The notes under the pieces were generated by a model that was given only the letters and a program-made list of their open reading frames with translations, ran no database searches and had not been told where the DNA came from. This document shows positions 1 through 14,155 of a stretch of 64,000 bases of DNA, one piece after another. The stretch is from Eledone cirrhosa. Taxonomy: Eukaryota. Numbering within the stretch: the first letter of the stretch is position 1; each line of letters opens with the position of its first letter. The translations under genes were made by a program, and so were the position numbers. The stretch is taken from NCBI GenBank assembly GCA_964016885.1, contig OZ024754.1:46190001-46254000 (forward strand), read 5' to 3'.

Positions 1-27
1 TTTATAATTCATTATTTGTTTCCTCTC

Positions 28-217
28 CAGGGCGGTGGATTGGCAGTATCGGTAGAGGGTCGGGCGCCATGCTTTGACGCATAGAGTTACGGCCCTTGCT
101 ATTCTGAGTTCAAATCCCGCCGAGGTTAACTTTGCCTTTCATCCTTACGGGGTTGATAAAATAAAGTACCAGTAATGCACTGGGATAATTGCTGGCCTTG
201 TGCCAAAAGTAGAAACA
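28..217 (+). mobile_element. tRNA-derived SINE (dominant family), intronic copy with 17-bp TSD
   Basis: B-box-like GAGTTCAAATCC and core GCCTTTCATCCTTACGGGGTTGATAAAATAAAGTACCAG; TSD attatttgtttcctctc at 11-27 and 218-234. Confidence 0.88.
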
Positions 218-282
218 ATTATTTGTTTCCTCTCTGTAAAAAAAAAATAAAACCCTTATTTTTTTCTATTTTCTTTCTGCAG

Positions 283-525
283 CAAAATAAAGAAACTCTG
301 TCCGATCTTCATGCAACTGGACTTGCCCTACTATTTAGTGCTGGTACATTCCTGTACGTGGCTACAGTTCATGTGTTGCCAGAAGTGGCAAACTCTCCAG
401 CACACACCACACATGATGGTGTAACCATCATCAGAGAACATAAAGGTTTTAACAAGAAGGAACTTTTTACATTTGTGCTGGGTTCAGCCATCCCTGTAAT
501 GTTGGCTCTTGGCCACAAGCACTAA
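283..525 (+). CDS. SLC39A9: Terminal coding exon of zinc transporter ZIP9
   Basis: Polypyrimidine tract and CAG acceptor ending at 282, then [35 protein letters not shown]...LALGHKH*. This matches the ZIP9 C-terminus as recalled ([25 protein letters not shown]...GHQH). Upstream exons lie outside the window. Confidence 0.93.
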   Translation, partial: [80 protein letters not shown]

Positions 526-1099
526 GAGATATATTTGTGTGTCTTTAGAGAAAAATTTTAAAATTTAAAAAAAATTTGAAAAATTTGTTTTTGTTTGTAT
601 ATTTATTGGATTCTTTTCTTTTCTGTACCCCCCCCCTCCCATCCCTACATTCTATAGTTGGGGTATGTTGTCTAGATTCCAGCTGTTTCATTAATTGTCC
701 TTCTATGACATGTCATATGGGGGGGGGGGGGGGGGGTCAAATTTTTCCTATTTTCTTCTCTATCTGAACTTTTCAATTTCTCAACTCTCCCAATCAGAAA
801 AACAGAAATGTCAAGTTAGAAAGATCAAATGCTATAATTTTAATTTATTTTTATATATCGATTTGTTTTGTTTTTTTTTTTTGTTTTTTTTTAAGAATTT
901 ATATTGTTTAATTAAATTACTTTTTCTTAAATGTGGGTTTTTTAAAAAAATGACGAACTAAAAGGAAATAACTGAAATATTACTACAGGTCATTAAATGT
1001 CCAATTTCAAATTGAATATACTTAAGGAAATCGGACATTTCATACTTAAGGACCTAATAATTTGAAAAATCCTGATTGAGGGTGTGTAGTTTCAGAAAT

Positions 1100-1500
1100 A
1101 AGGGTTTCTGGTTTAGGTACAAGGCCAGCAATTTTGAGGGAGGGGAAAGTTGATTAAATCAACCCAAGTACGTGACTGGTACTTTATTTTATCGACGTGA
1201 TAAGGATGAAAGGCAAAGCTAACCTGAGCGGCATTTAAAATCAGAACGTAAAGGGCCGTAACTCTATGCTTTCCGACCTCTAACGATTCTGCCAATCCAC
1301 CACACTTCTGTTTTAGAAATAATTGTTTCTACTTTAGGCACAAGGCCAGCAATTACCCAGTGCATTACTGGTACTTTATTTTATCGACCCCGTAAGGATG
1401 AAAGGCAAAGTCAACCTCGGCGGGATTTGAACTCAGATCATAAAGGGACGTAACTATGCTGGAAAGCATGGCGTCAAACCCTCTACCGATACTGCCAATC
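1100..1500 (-). mobile_element. Two tandem copies of the dominant SINE
   Basis: Reverse complement of the same core (ctggtactttattttatcga...aggatgaaaggcaaag) occurs twice. Confidence 0.8.
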
Positions 1501-2239
1501 CATTTAGAAATAATGGTGATGTGAAAGCCATGTGATAGAGGAAGAAATAAATACACGATAAAGTGCTCGTGTTGGTGAGACAACAAAAAGCACCCAGTCC
1601 CACCTGTCAGTTGGTCGTTTTAGTGCCACAATAAAAAGCACCCAGCCTATGCTGTAAATAAGGTTGGCATTAGGAAGGGCACCCAGCCATAGAAACCAAG
1701 CCAAAATACAGTTCCATATGAGCAAAACAGAGTTACCTGACATGTCTCATAACGTGACAACTCGTCTAACCAAGGGAAATGTAGAAAATTGACCTTAATG
1801 GTGACAATGATATCATCATTTAACGTCCATCTTCCACGCTAGCATGAGTTAGACGGAGTTGTCCCACTTGAGGCAAGGTGAGTCGGATGACCGCGTCTTG
1901 CTCATATAGTACTATCTGGCAGGTTTTCTACAGCTGGATGCCTTTCCTAACACCAACCACATTTACAGTGTGGAACTGGGAACTTTTTACCATGTTACCT
2001 ACATGGCCACATTACAGTGTGGAGTGTGTGTTTTTTTTTTTTTTTTTTTTTCTGGTCGTGACATCTCGATCTCATTATCTCTTTTATTTGGACTAGATGT
2101 TGTGGTACCAACTTTACAGAGAGAGGTTGGTGGGGGTGGGAGGATGGGGTAGTGGATTGGGGTGTATATTTGGTTAAGAGGTGCCTACTGACTATAGGTT
2201 TCGCTTTGTACATATGCAAGGCAGGTCTTCTGTATTACT

Positions 2240-3350
2240 GCGTCGTGCCAAAGATGTCAGTCCAGTGACATTGTCTTAGAGAGGTGCAAGTGTGCAAGGT
2301 CGGAATTTATCAAATCGTCCCAGGTTTTTCTGGGTCTACCTATTCCGTAACTACCATCAATTTTCACTTTTTTATACAGCTGTCGTCTTTCATGCGCATC
2401 ACGTGACCATACCAATGTAGTCTTCTCTCAAGTAAACGGCATCTGATCCCTCTTATTCCTAATTTCTCACTTAGTTCATTTATGCTTTGCCGTTCACATA
2501 TATTACTATTACACATGCAACGGAGCGTGCATGCTTCGTTCCTTTCCAGTCTGCACAGGTCCTCTGCACGCAATGCCCATGTCTCATTGCCATGTAGCAT
2601 TGCTGTTCGTATACAGGCATCACACAATCTGCCTTTCATTTTTAGAGAGAAACTTTTTGAGGCCAACATCGGTATAAGCTCTCTGAACTTTTTCCATCCC
2701 GTTCTGACTCTGGCTACTGTATTTTCAGAGCACCCTCCACCACTGCTGATTTTGTCACCCAGGTAACGGAAATTGTCCACTATTTCTATAGAACCATCTG
2801 GGCAATAGAAGGAGCTAGTATCCTGTGGGCACTTGCTACTTATTGCACCTGAACATCGGCCACATATAAAATCTACGTTCTTAGATAGTTGACCTGTGAT
2901 CCCACTACATCTTTTATGTACCCATAGTTTGCATTTGGGACATAAAATGGAATTTCTGCCTACACACTGAGCATGGCCATTTCCCTGAGGGCACCTGTGC
3001 CCTATTTTCCTTTCTACAAACTAGAACTTTAGTCTTAGACAAGTTAACTTTAAGGCCTTTTGATTCTAGGCCATTCTTCCATGTTTGGAATTTCTTCTCT
3101 AGTTCAGCCATAGATTCAGCTATGAGAGTTAGATCATCTGCGTATAGGAGTTCCCATGGGCAGCCGGTCTTAAACTCCTCTGTTATAGCCTGAAGGGCAA
3201 TAACAAATAGGAGGGGCTAAGGACAGAGTCTTGATGAACACCAACTTTTACACTAAATTCTTCACAATATTCATTGTTAATTGTAACCTTACTGACTGTT
3301 TCTTTATACATAGCTTGTGTAGCTCTCACAAGCCATTCATCTACACCTTT
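2240..3350 (-). mobile_element. RTE-clade LINE fragment (RT C-terminal half, frameshifted)
   Basis: Minus-strand LLYADDL..AESMAELEKKFQTWK.GLESKGLKVNLSKTK and FRYLGD...GWKKFREL...RRLHWYGHVMR are typical RTE RT/thumb motifs; the frame is broken by frameshifts. Confidence 0.88.
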
Positions 3351-3719
3351 TAAATTTGTCACATATATATATTATATTTGGGGAGGGTCATGTTATAATA
3401 TTGCCAGAAATATATAGTAAAACACACTCACTGTTTGGTTGGTGTTGGTTTTCGCTTTGGTATATTTTATATTTCTTTCGTATTCTGTGGTAACTGTGTT
3501 TTTTGGGGGGTTTTTTTATTCATCCATTTCGATATAGTTATATTTATTGAATGCATGTGGCTTTGTGGTTAGAGAGTTAGATTGACAATCTTGAGGTTAT
3601 GACATCAATCAAAAGGTAAATGATACTTCGCCAAAATGAGATGTTGTTGGATTGAAGCCATGACTATGATTGCTAAGTTAATTTGGCCATGCTATGTCCA
3701 CACACCTACACAAATATAT

Positions 3720-4060
3720 ATGAAGGCTTAGTGGTTAGAGTGTCAAATTCACACTTGTGAGGTTGTGAGTTCAATTCCCGGACCAGGTGATGTGTTGTGT
3801 CATTGAGCAAGACACTTTATTTCACGTTGCTCTAGTTCACTCAACTGTAGAAATGAGTTGCAACATCACTAGTGCCAAGCTGTATCTGCCATTGCTTTTT
3901 CCTTGGACAACATCGGTGATGTAGAGAGGGGTGACTGGTATGCATGGGCGACTGTTGGTCTTCCACAAACAACCTTACCCGGACTTGTGCATTAGCAAGG
4001 ACTATTTCTAGGTACAAATCCCATGGTCACTCGTGATTGAAGAGAATCTTAACCTTTCAT
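3720..4060 (+). mobile_element. Second tRNA-derived SINE family (CORE-like)
   Basis: ggcttagtggttagag A box, gagttcaattccc B box, then tgagcaagacactttatttcac..gctc core. Confidence 0.72.
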
Positions 4061-4154
4061 ACATAAGTAAAATTTATCACCAATATACTTAACTTCTCAA
4101 TGAAAAGACTGCTAAATAAATCTAATCCAGAGAAGCGTATACAAATAAAACATC

Positions 4155-4355
4155 TTATATAAAATCACCAACATATAGATCCCAATAAAGTAATTTAAAA
4201 CAAGGAAAATTTCACAAGCAACTTACCCTAGGAATATAGTCCTAGTTAAGCAACCTAAAGATAGAAGGCTCAGCTTTAGGTTGCTTAACTAAGATTCTAC
4301 CCCTAGGGTAAGATGCTTGTGCAATTTTAGGATCTACCCATAGGTGATTTTGTAT
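4155..4355. repeat. Diverged fold-back inverted repeat
   Basis: tagttaagcaacctaaag/ctttaggttgcttaacta, flanked by cacaagcaacttaccctagg/cctagggtaagatgcttgtg and ataaaatcacc/ggtgattttgt. Confidence 0.8.
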
Positions 4356-5657
4356 AATATATATATATATTTACACAGTCGAAAAAACTATATATTCTCG
4401 ACTGTTTTCAACTCCAACAGTTGCAAGCGGTGGGAGGGACCGTCCTCATGAAGGCCAGTCAAGCCTGAAATGCATAGTTGTATCCCTTGCTTCTGCTGGA
4501 CACCACCAGAGGGTGTTAGCATAGCTACGGCTTCCTAAAACCGTGTTTCTTTAGAAATACGAAATTTCTATACATTTTTGTATAAAGCTATGCTTGAAGC
4601 GAAATCTTATTTCTATTATATATGTATATAGCGGATTCTTCAATTATTGGCGGTTCGAATAAGAATTCTTCCCCATACGAAACCATGGTAGGGTGATCTA
4701 TATGTAAGTGAATTAAGATAGAATATTTTACGAGGGATTGTTCCATTAGAGATAAGTTGACCGTTTCTTGCTTATATATATATATATATATTAAAACCAT
4801 GCTAGCATGGAAAATGAACGTTAAATGATGATGATATATTTATACACACACATATATATATATATATATTGTTTCTGCGTATTTGCACGTAAATAAAAAT
4901 ATAAACGATGATGCACTTGTTGATTGTTCACTGTTCGTCAAACAGGCCAAACGGACAGTATATATACATATATTATATATATATCAATAAAATAGCTCAA
5001 GGAACTATTGTCCATAGTTAGTATCTTTTTCACCTTAGCGAATCTGGTCCCTTACGATTTAAACACATATATCTATATATCTGCGTTTATCTCTCTTTTA
5101 TATTCAATTATAATATACGGCTCGGAAAAATCTCTTTCTGAGCTATTTTATTGTAAGAGACTATTTTGAGTTTCTAACTCAATATATACCTTTGATATAT
5201 TCGGCTCCGTTAATTTGTTTACCTAATTTAAATGTCGAGTAAACCTGGCTGTTAGAGTTTGTGAGACACGCTATGTTCCGATACCACGTGCGTTATTGTA
5301 TATATGCATAGTTACGTCCCTTTACGATCTGAGTTCAAATCCCGCCGAGGTTGACTTTGCCTTTCATCCTTACGGGGTCGATAAAATAAAGTACCAGTAA
5401 TGCACTGGGTAATTTGCTGGCCTTGTGCCTAAAGTAGAAACAGTTATTGTATATACGCACACTATTCAGTTTCCTGATATACTTAGAATTGAGGAGTTTA
5501 CTAATTTTCTTAATTTATTCTTAAATTGAGTCTGGCAACCCTATTGTCCATAGTTAGTATATTTTTCACCTTAGCGAATCTGGTCCCTTACGATTTAAAC
5601 ACATATATGTATTTATCTGTGTTTATCTCTCTTTTATATTCAATTATAATATATATA

Positions 5658-5691
<34 letters not shown>

Positions 5692-6076
5692 TAGCAAATT
5701 CTATGCACCACAAATGCTATAAGACGCCATATCTGCTAACATACCAGAGGAAGTGATGCCAATAACATTACATTCTTCAAAGGATCTTTACTAAGAACAA
5801 AAAAGCAATCCCTATTCAGATGTCTGCAATAATTATGAGATATCTATAGTAATCAACATAAGATGCCATTGATGTAGTGAAGATAATCAAAAACATCTCT
5901 TCATTCAGTTTAATAACTCTTTGATCGTATACAGGAGAGTAGCGATCTTCCTTGATGAAATGAGAATATCAGAGCAGTAAAAGAATGTAGTTCTTTCGCC
6001 ATTGACGAAACCGTAGGTCCCACAGATGCCATTATTACCGCTCCTAACTCAAGAAAAACTACCTACACACACATAG

Positions 6077-6119
<43 letters not shown>

Positions 6120-6909
6120 TTCTAATTCTAGCATATATACACACGCACGCACATATATATTATATGTATACACACACATATATATACATGCATACACACA
6201 TATATATAAACATATATATATTCATACACATATATACAAACATGTATATACATACACACATATATACATACATATATATATACATGGTGGTGGCTGCCAA
6301 CTCGTTTTCGAGTACGGCCACTACTTTATATCCATGTAGGAGAACCCCTACCGATGCGCTGAACAAGTGTGTCTTTTTAGTCCAGCCAGCGACTTGAAAA
6401 CTCTGGTACAAACACTACACTTGTGACAATTACTGACACATAGTGCTGGGCCCATGGTACCACGTGATGACAAGTGCAGAGAGATCTCCAGATATAAAGC
6501 AATGCCTGTGCCGTGAAGCTTTTATAGTGAGCAAAGGCACTGCACAAAGCCAGTCCCACTCTCTTAACAAAGATGATATTTACCAAAAAGAAGAACAAGT
6601 CAACATCATTGGATACCATCAGGGTTGCAGGTGTTATGTCAGGGTTTTCCTTCTCCTAGAATTCTGCCTTGACAAAGGCTAAGGGGTCATCTCTCCCGGT
6701 GATTTTGGATGGCCATTGACTCTTAAGAGCTCCTTTGCCCTTTGACAGGTTTTGTTTCTAGTCCTGCAGGATGTCCAAAGCCACCCTCCTCACCAAGAAA
6801 CCTTGGTGGGGTTGCCAGTTTAGTCGCCAACGACCCGACCATGAGACAGGTTGTACTGTGATACATGTAGCACCAACTGGTGACCTGACACACATATATA
6901 TACATACAT

Positions 6910-7250
6910 ATATGGAGGCACATGGCTTAGTGGTTAGAGCATTGGCCTTGCAATCGAAAGGTTGTGAGTTTAATTCTCAGACCAGGTGATGTGTTGTTTC
7001 CTTGAGTTATTTCAGATTGCTCCAGTTTACTCAGCTGTAGAAATGAGATGATAGGACTGGGGTCCCTATTATTCCACTGCAAAGTGGTCGTGGAGGTGCC
7101 ACGGCAAAAAAGCACCCAGCCCACACTGTAAATGAGGTTGGTGTTAGGAAGGGCATCCAGCTGTAGAAATCAAGCCAGAATCAGTTCCCGTCCCACCCTT
7201 GCAAGCAGGGAAAAGCGGACGTAAAATGATGATGATGAATATGGTGATGA
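6910..7250 (+). mobile_element. Composite tRNA-headed SINE with (ATG)n tail
   Basis: tRNA-like head and (atg)n tail; a near-identical inverted copy lies at about 39245-39585. Confidence 0.75.
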
Positions 7251-7894
7251 TATATACACACACACACCAGTTGTTCGATCAACTGGAATGCCGATCTTCG
7301 AAATTGGTGGAGGTTCATTGCTTGCAGCTGGGGCTGTGAATATTGAGGCAAGAAAATCGAGGAATGAGAGAGGAGAGGTTGAGGAAGAGAAGAGGGAGAA
7401 AGAGAAAAAGTCAGAGATTATGTTACTATGGTAATATTTATCCTGTGGATCCATTGGGAACCCCGAAGTATATTGGAGAGGACCTTTGTAGGCCTCTGTA
7501 TGGCTCGTATTGGAGTTATACATTCATAGAGGGGAAAAGCTTACCAGTTCTTAATTGTTACTTAACTACACACACATATATATTCATATAAAAGAGTAAC
7601 TGTATCTATGTAAAATATGATTCTTTAAAACAAATATCTTATATAAGCAGCAATGTTTTTATACAGGAAAGAATATACAACAGTGTGATAACAATCTCTA
7701 TATATATTTATATAACCACGACTAAATCTACATTATTGAGATAACTTATTAGTAGAATTGTTAATAAAAACATTATTTCGGTAGATATTCAATGAAGCAT
7801 GTCTCTAGAATGAAGAAACGATACTATTGATATATTTGATATTGTGGGTAAATAGCTGCGAAACGAATTCTCATGGCTTCGCTGTATAATCTTT

Positions 7895-7990
7895 TTCTTT
7901 TCTTCTTCGCCTACTTATTCCTGAGAGAGTTGTGCGAGCAGAGTCCTCAAACACTCCTTCCAGCGGGTCCTGTCAGAAGCAACCGTCTCA
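7895..7990 (-). mobile_element. 3' tip of an RTE-like LINE
   Basis: Matches about 35570-35668 in reverse; ends in a (GAA)n tail. Confidence 0.6.
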
Positions 7991-8879
7991 TATATATTTA
8001 TAAAGCCTTCCATCATAATTTTATTTAAGAATCTTTAAGTGGGGTCAGAGTCCTTAAAAAGAATACCGGGGATATAACTATATATTTCCCCAATCATTAA
8101 TACTGTTAACATGTGAAACATTGTTTTTTTATTTTATCTATGTTGATTGTTATATAAAAGTTTGTCATTTGTAACAGTTTGTCACTTGTAATATCTAGAA
8201 CAGAAAATACAGCAACACATAAACTATATCTAATATATTGCATTGTTTGTGGAATAGATGAATAACAGAATTGTTGTAATTCCTGCTTACCGTTTTCAGG
8301 AATTCAGTTAATATTATATGAAAGATAATTCCCGAAATTTTATCTGGTCCTTTTGGCTCTTTGCCGAAGGGATCTCTGCCAATTCAGTGAAATCGTCTTA
8401 CCTAATTCCTCAATTACAATGGAACCGTATGCAATGTTCTCGTAGAGAAATTTTCCATGTGTTCTCTCAACTTAACAATGTTCACATTAGACAAGACTTC
8501 CAATTTCTAACCCAACAGTTCATCATCCTTAATCATATTCATTCCAAGCTAGGAAGAAACACTTTTGTTCGCTCTCACCTACAACATGTATTTTCCTTCC
8601 CTTTCAAATTATGTCCTCTAGAATTCGCCCTTATCCTCATCATACTACTCTCTCTCTCTCTCTCTCCTTACCATGTCTTGAGAAAGGGCAGTGCCCATGG
8701 TCTTACAGACTCCCCACCTCCAAGACCAAAGACATCGACACCATTGATCTTCGATTTAAATTATTGCAAGCCAATTCGGGGGGGGGGGGGGTCAGAGACG
8801 GAGTTCCAGAAGACCGAGGTTCGAGAGGGATGGGGGTAGGGGGTTACTGATTATAGCAGTTTCTGGTCTGGGATATTAA

Positions 8880-9080
8880 TACGTGGTGAAATATAGTGTG
8901 ATGTGGTGTGGTGTGTGGTGTAGTTTGTGGTGTTGTGTGGTGTAGTGTGCGGTATGGTGTGGTGTGGTGTGGTGGTGTGGGGTATGGTGTGGTGTGTGGT
9001 ATGGTGCAGTGTGTGGTGTGTGGTGTGGTGGTGTGTGTGGTATGGTATGTGGTATGGTGTAGTGTCATGGTATGGTGTGT
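8880..9080. repeat. (GTGTG/TGG)n low-complexity repeat
   Basis: Read directly from the sequence. Confidence 0.85.
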
Positions 9081-9211
9081 CTATTAAAACCTTCATCAGT
9101 TAGTTTAGTGGGATGATGAATGGGAAATTCTTAGCATGTCACACTGACTGACACGCACACGTGCAAAGAAACAAACAGACACTCACACATACACATACAA
9201 ACACACCCACC

Positions 9212-9271
<60 letters not shown>

Positions 9272-9360
9272 AAGGTTAAACAAGGTTCAATGAATAAATA
9301 AAAGAATGAGTTTTACAATAGATTGGAAGCACTTAACAGAATGGTTTTCTGGAGTTATTA

Positions 9361-9429
9361 ATATTTTATCTGATGAGGACGTACTGTTGAAGATAGCTCA
9401 GTACCTCTGAAATGTGTATAATAAAATAT
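9361..9429 (+). ncRNA. Minimal type-I hammerhead ribozyme
   Basis: atattttat-CTGATGA-[gtactg..cagtac stem II]-GAAA-tgtgta-TA-ataaaatat; 9-bp stem I; predicted cleavage after 9420. Confidence 0.75.
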
Positions 9430-9539
9430 ACTTGATCACACGATTATCTATTTTTGTTAATATTTTGAATTAATATATATATATATATATATACACATAC
9501 GATATTAATAAATGGAAACTATATTTATAAAACCATATT

Positions 9540-9604
9540 TATTTCATTATATATATTTCAGGGATACCACATTAAATTATGGTATGCCTTCATCAGACAA
9601 AATA
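9540..9604 (-). ncRNA. Minimal type-I hammerhead ribozyme
   Basis: Reverse complement reads tattttgt-CTGATGA-[ataccata..tgtggtat]-GAAA-tatata-TA-atgaaata. Confidence 0.7.
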
Positions 9605-9754
9605 CAATATATAACAGTTTTACAAATAGCTTTGACGTACCCTTTTAAAATGCAACCATTACTTTTGGAGGCTGTCTGGATAGTGATTTGTTTATATTAT
9701 TTTAATAAGTCATAGTGTTAAGCACAATTAGAAAAAGACGGAGAGAAAGAAAAA

Positions 9755-9799
<45 letters not shown>

Positions 9800-10391
9800 T
9801 AGAGATAACGAAGGAGTTGTGGTAAGGAACCAGATGGACCATAACGCACCAGAGTACTCAATACTTAGGCTAGTAGAGTGGGTAATAGGAAAATGTATGA
9901 CCCCGACGGCAGAACTCAAGCCGTTTCGACGGCTATTTCTGGATATATATATATATATATATATATAATGATATATATAAAATCATATACATATATTCAT
10001 ATACAATTTAAGTTATTTTAATCACCTAAATGTAAAACTGGTGGTTCTGGTAGGTAAATCATAATGCAAAAATTTAATAAAGCACTCGACGTTATGTACG
10101 TCAACCATCGTAGATGTGATATCCAGTGGTTGGTAGAGGAATCGGAGTAAAGTATTTAAAACAACAGAAGGCCGGACAGGAAGATATGCTGTAGGTTTTA
10201 ATTCCGTGAAATATAAATATTTTCATTTTTCCAATTTCCTATTTTCTTTTCCCTATCTTCCATGAAAAGTATGGGTTCTACGTAACCCTGTTTCTAATTC
10301 TGTGGAAGTTACTTGATGAGATCGACATGTCTTGCATCATATTTCGATGATGGAGCTGAGCCATTGGAATATGTATAGTGATTTCACGGAA

Positions 10392-10443
<52 letters not shown>

Positions 10444-10940
10444 CATGTGTGTGTGAATATTGTATTCAATATGTGGGTGTGATGAAAAAAGAAGTACACT
10501 CACGGAAAAACGAAGCATTCCTATAAAAGCAATTCTTTAAACGCATAGGTGTTTTTAATGTGATGAAAACAACAACAACAGCAACAGCCACAAGTCACTT
10601 CAGACGATATTGTATCGGTCTGCACTTAGTTGGTATCCAAAGTATGTTTGGTGTGGCTTCCTTGGGGTTCTTTTGTTAGTCTTTTGTTGGTGTTGTTGTT
10701 GTCTGGCTGCATATTTGATTTACACATTTCATCATAGTGTGTTATAATCACACATACATATATATATATATAGGGATAATAATAAACATTTGTTTTTTTA
10801 CATATATATTTACCCAATGAAAAGAAATTTGTTTATAAAAATAAATTATAGTTTTGTTTTTAAATAAAAGTACGTTTTCAGAAATAGTTATATAGCGGAA
10901 AACTGGGTTGTATGAATGTAACAAGGAGAGATGGTTTGTG

Positions 10941-11227
10941 TGTATAATATTTAATCAACAATTTAACGGTATAGTTGACATGTCAATGAATAAACGAAAG
11001 AATGAAGAAAAGTTAGTAGTTACCGTTTTGATCGCCAGGCAAACGCGGCTGGCAGAAGACGCCTGGCGAAGGCCAGGCGCCGGAAGGGCAAAATAGAGAG
11101 TGAGAACTTAAAGTTGTTAGTTTTATAGGGTTCTGACCGGAAGTTACAGAAAGGGTTCTACTTCCTGTCTAGATGGTGTTAATCTATTGGGGTTGTGAGT
11201 GTCACAACAAGGGAGGCAACTGCTACA
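10941..11227 (-). mobile_element. Solo LTR (related to 52164-52509)
   Basis: Reverse complement begins TGTAGCA and ends TACA; shares gttgcctcccttgttgtgacactcaca, caggaagtag, TATAAAA and cattgacatgtcaactatac with the second copy. No clear TSD. Confidence 0.65.
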
Positions 11228-11960
11228 GTTATGATTATCTAAATAGATTTTGTACCAACCGTTTTCGCTATGAGTAGCTTTTCAAAGTTTCAATTTAATT
11301 TGTGCTGGTGTTAAATATACTTCACACACACGCACACGCGCGCAATGTATTATATCTAAAGCATGAAAATAACCTTCTTTTAGTGTGTCTCATCCATCAA
11401 CCAACGTCATTAACATTTTGTGAAGCTGCTGTTCGTTCTGAGTTGGAATTTCCTCTGCCATTTCTAAATATTTCGTCCAAAATAATAATATATCTTCAGT
11501 GTGTTTCGATACTTGAACCTGAACTAAAATTATAGGTGCGTAACTAAATATCGTAAATACCTACACCTTATGTGTGTGTATAAATACAAACACATATATA
11601 CATATGTGTTTGTATTTATACATATGTATATATATTTATTTATATACAATAAAAATAACAAGAACAACCACAATAACAATAACAACAGTAACAACAACAC
11701 TAACAGTAACAGCTGTTATAGGAATTAGAAGTATCAAGTGAGGTAAAATTTACATCATAGTTAATTATTCTAAGTTGAAGAGTTTTAAAAGGTAAGAAGA
11801 ATAAAGAAAAGCTCGGCCGTTCCTCAGTCATTATGTCAAGGTTTCTATGAAGATAAACTGCATTCTTTATAATAAATATATCTGATATATAGTGACATAA
11901 GTTTGTAGGAACTGAGAGAAGAGATTGGGTTGACCTTAGACAACACCTGCCCTGCTAGTA

Positions 11961-12030
<70 letters not shown>

Positions 12031-12039
<9 letters not shown>

Positions 12040-12205
12040 AGAAAACGAAAAATCAGTGATGCACCTGGACTTAGTTTATTTCGTGTTACAAATGTTTCGC
12101 CGGCATGTAGCTCGAGTCATGGTCCTTGTATGGATCTGGCTGATTTGTAACACGAAATAAACTAAGTCCAGATGCATCACTGATTTTTCGTTTTCTTTAT
12201 AATAT
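12031..12205. repeat. Fold-back palindrome, 63-bp arms, 49-nt loop
   Basis: 12031-12093 versus 12143-12205 with one mismatch; abuts (TA)n. Confidence 0.9.
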
Positions 12206-12283
12206 CTACACTCTACTCTGATGAATATCGAGTGCTAATTTTGGCATACCGCCTATGGAAGCACCAAAGCTACCACTATACAC

Positions 12284-12416
<133 letters not shown>

Positions 12417-12554
12417 GTGAATTTTATTGTAGAACAATAAAGCAATGCAAATATCGGATAAGTAGCACTCAACAGTTTATTGGACTGGAGTGTATATATA
12501 TATATATATATTTATATGTAATGTATATAAATGTAAAAATATATATATATATAT

Positions 12555-12691
12555 ATATTTATTAAAATAACAGATTAAAGTTTAAGCAAAGAATCGCTGC
12601 TTTCACCCTTAACGGGATCTTCTGAAACTCCCGTTAAGGGTGAAAGCAGCGATTCTTTGCTTAAACTTTAATCTGTTATTTTAATAAATAT
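12555..12691. repeat. Fold-back palindrome, 63-bp arms, 11-nt loop
   Basis: 12555-12617 versus 12629-12691; abuts (TA)n. Confidence 0.9.
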
Positions 12692-12774
12692 TTGCTCTAC
12701 GGTTCTTATATATTTGATATATATTTATCCTTATCGAGCCCTCTTTGGATTTTAGTCTTCAAATTTATTATTAT

Positions 12775-12832
<58 letters not shown>

Positions 12833-13014
12833 TGATAAATTGTTTAGGTTAAAATGTCCATTGTAGTGCGAAAATGATCGGAATTAGCAATATCTCCTAA
12901 CAAAACCGTAGACAGTGACGTAACTCAATAACGAAACATATGTATAATTAAATCATTATACATACACATATATATGTATATATACATATAAATGTGTGTA
13001 TATATATATTTGTG

Positions 13015-13045
<31 letters not shown>

Positions 13046-13427
13046 ATATAACCCATATATATATATATATGTACGTATGTATTGCAGTTTACACTGTATT
13101 CTACACACTCTCCTCACACCTTCAATCTATGATACACCTGGAACGGTCTCGTTTCTAACGACTATATGTACTTTTGCATTATCTACAGTTTCATCATTCA
13201 TATACTTCCAGCAACCCTTCCCTGCCCTACGTTCTCTGCTCTACCATCACCCTCTTCCCCCACTTTACACCCTTACCTTCCTCCCTCCAATCCATCATCA
13301 CTTCACCTCCTCGCTACACTCCTCCTCTCCGCATCTGCATCTATTGTACCGGGTGGATGTGATTCCCAAACATCAGCTGTTTGTAGATATCATACTTGGC
13401 GTCACTTTCTACACATATTTATATATG

Positions 13428-13508
<81 letters not shown>

Positions 13509-13649
13509 ACACACTAGTTGTTATAAAATTCTCGGACCTATTCATTAGAATCTTAGAGCTTATTTTGTGGGTGATATGGCGCATGCCTTTCTGGCATGAG
13601 ACCCATAATTTTGATTTAGATTAAATTCATTTTGATTTATCTTAATTTT

Positions 13650-14155
<506 letters not shown>

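Noticed and set aside
175-282. N-terminal part of ORF 175-525
   Set aside because: SINE tail and intron; the real exon starts at the acceptor ending at 282.
3720-3790. tRNA genes (also at about 6920, 34670 and 51230)
   Set aside because: A/B boxes run straight into SINE bodies and there is no complete cloverleaf.
8318-8839. 173-aa ORF
   Set aside because: No recognisable motif; probably a decayed retroelement on the opposite strand, but I cannot support an assignment.
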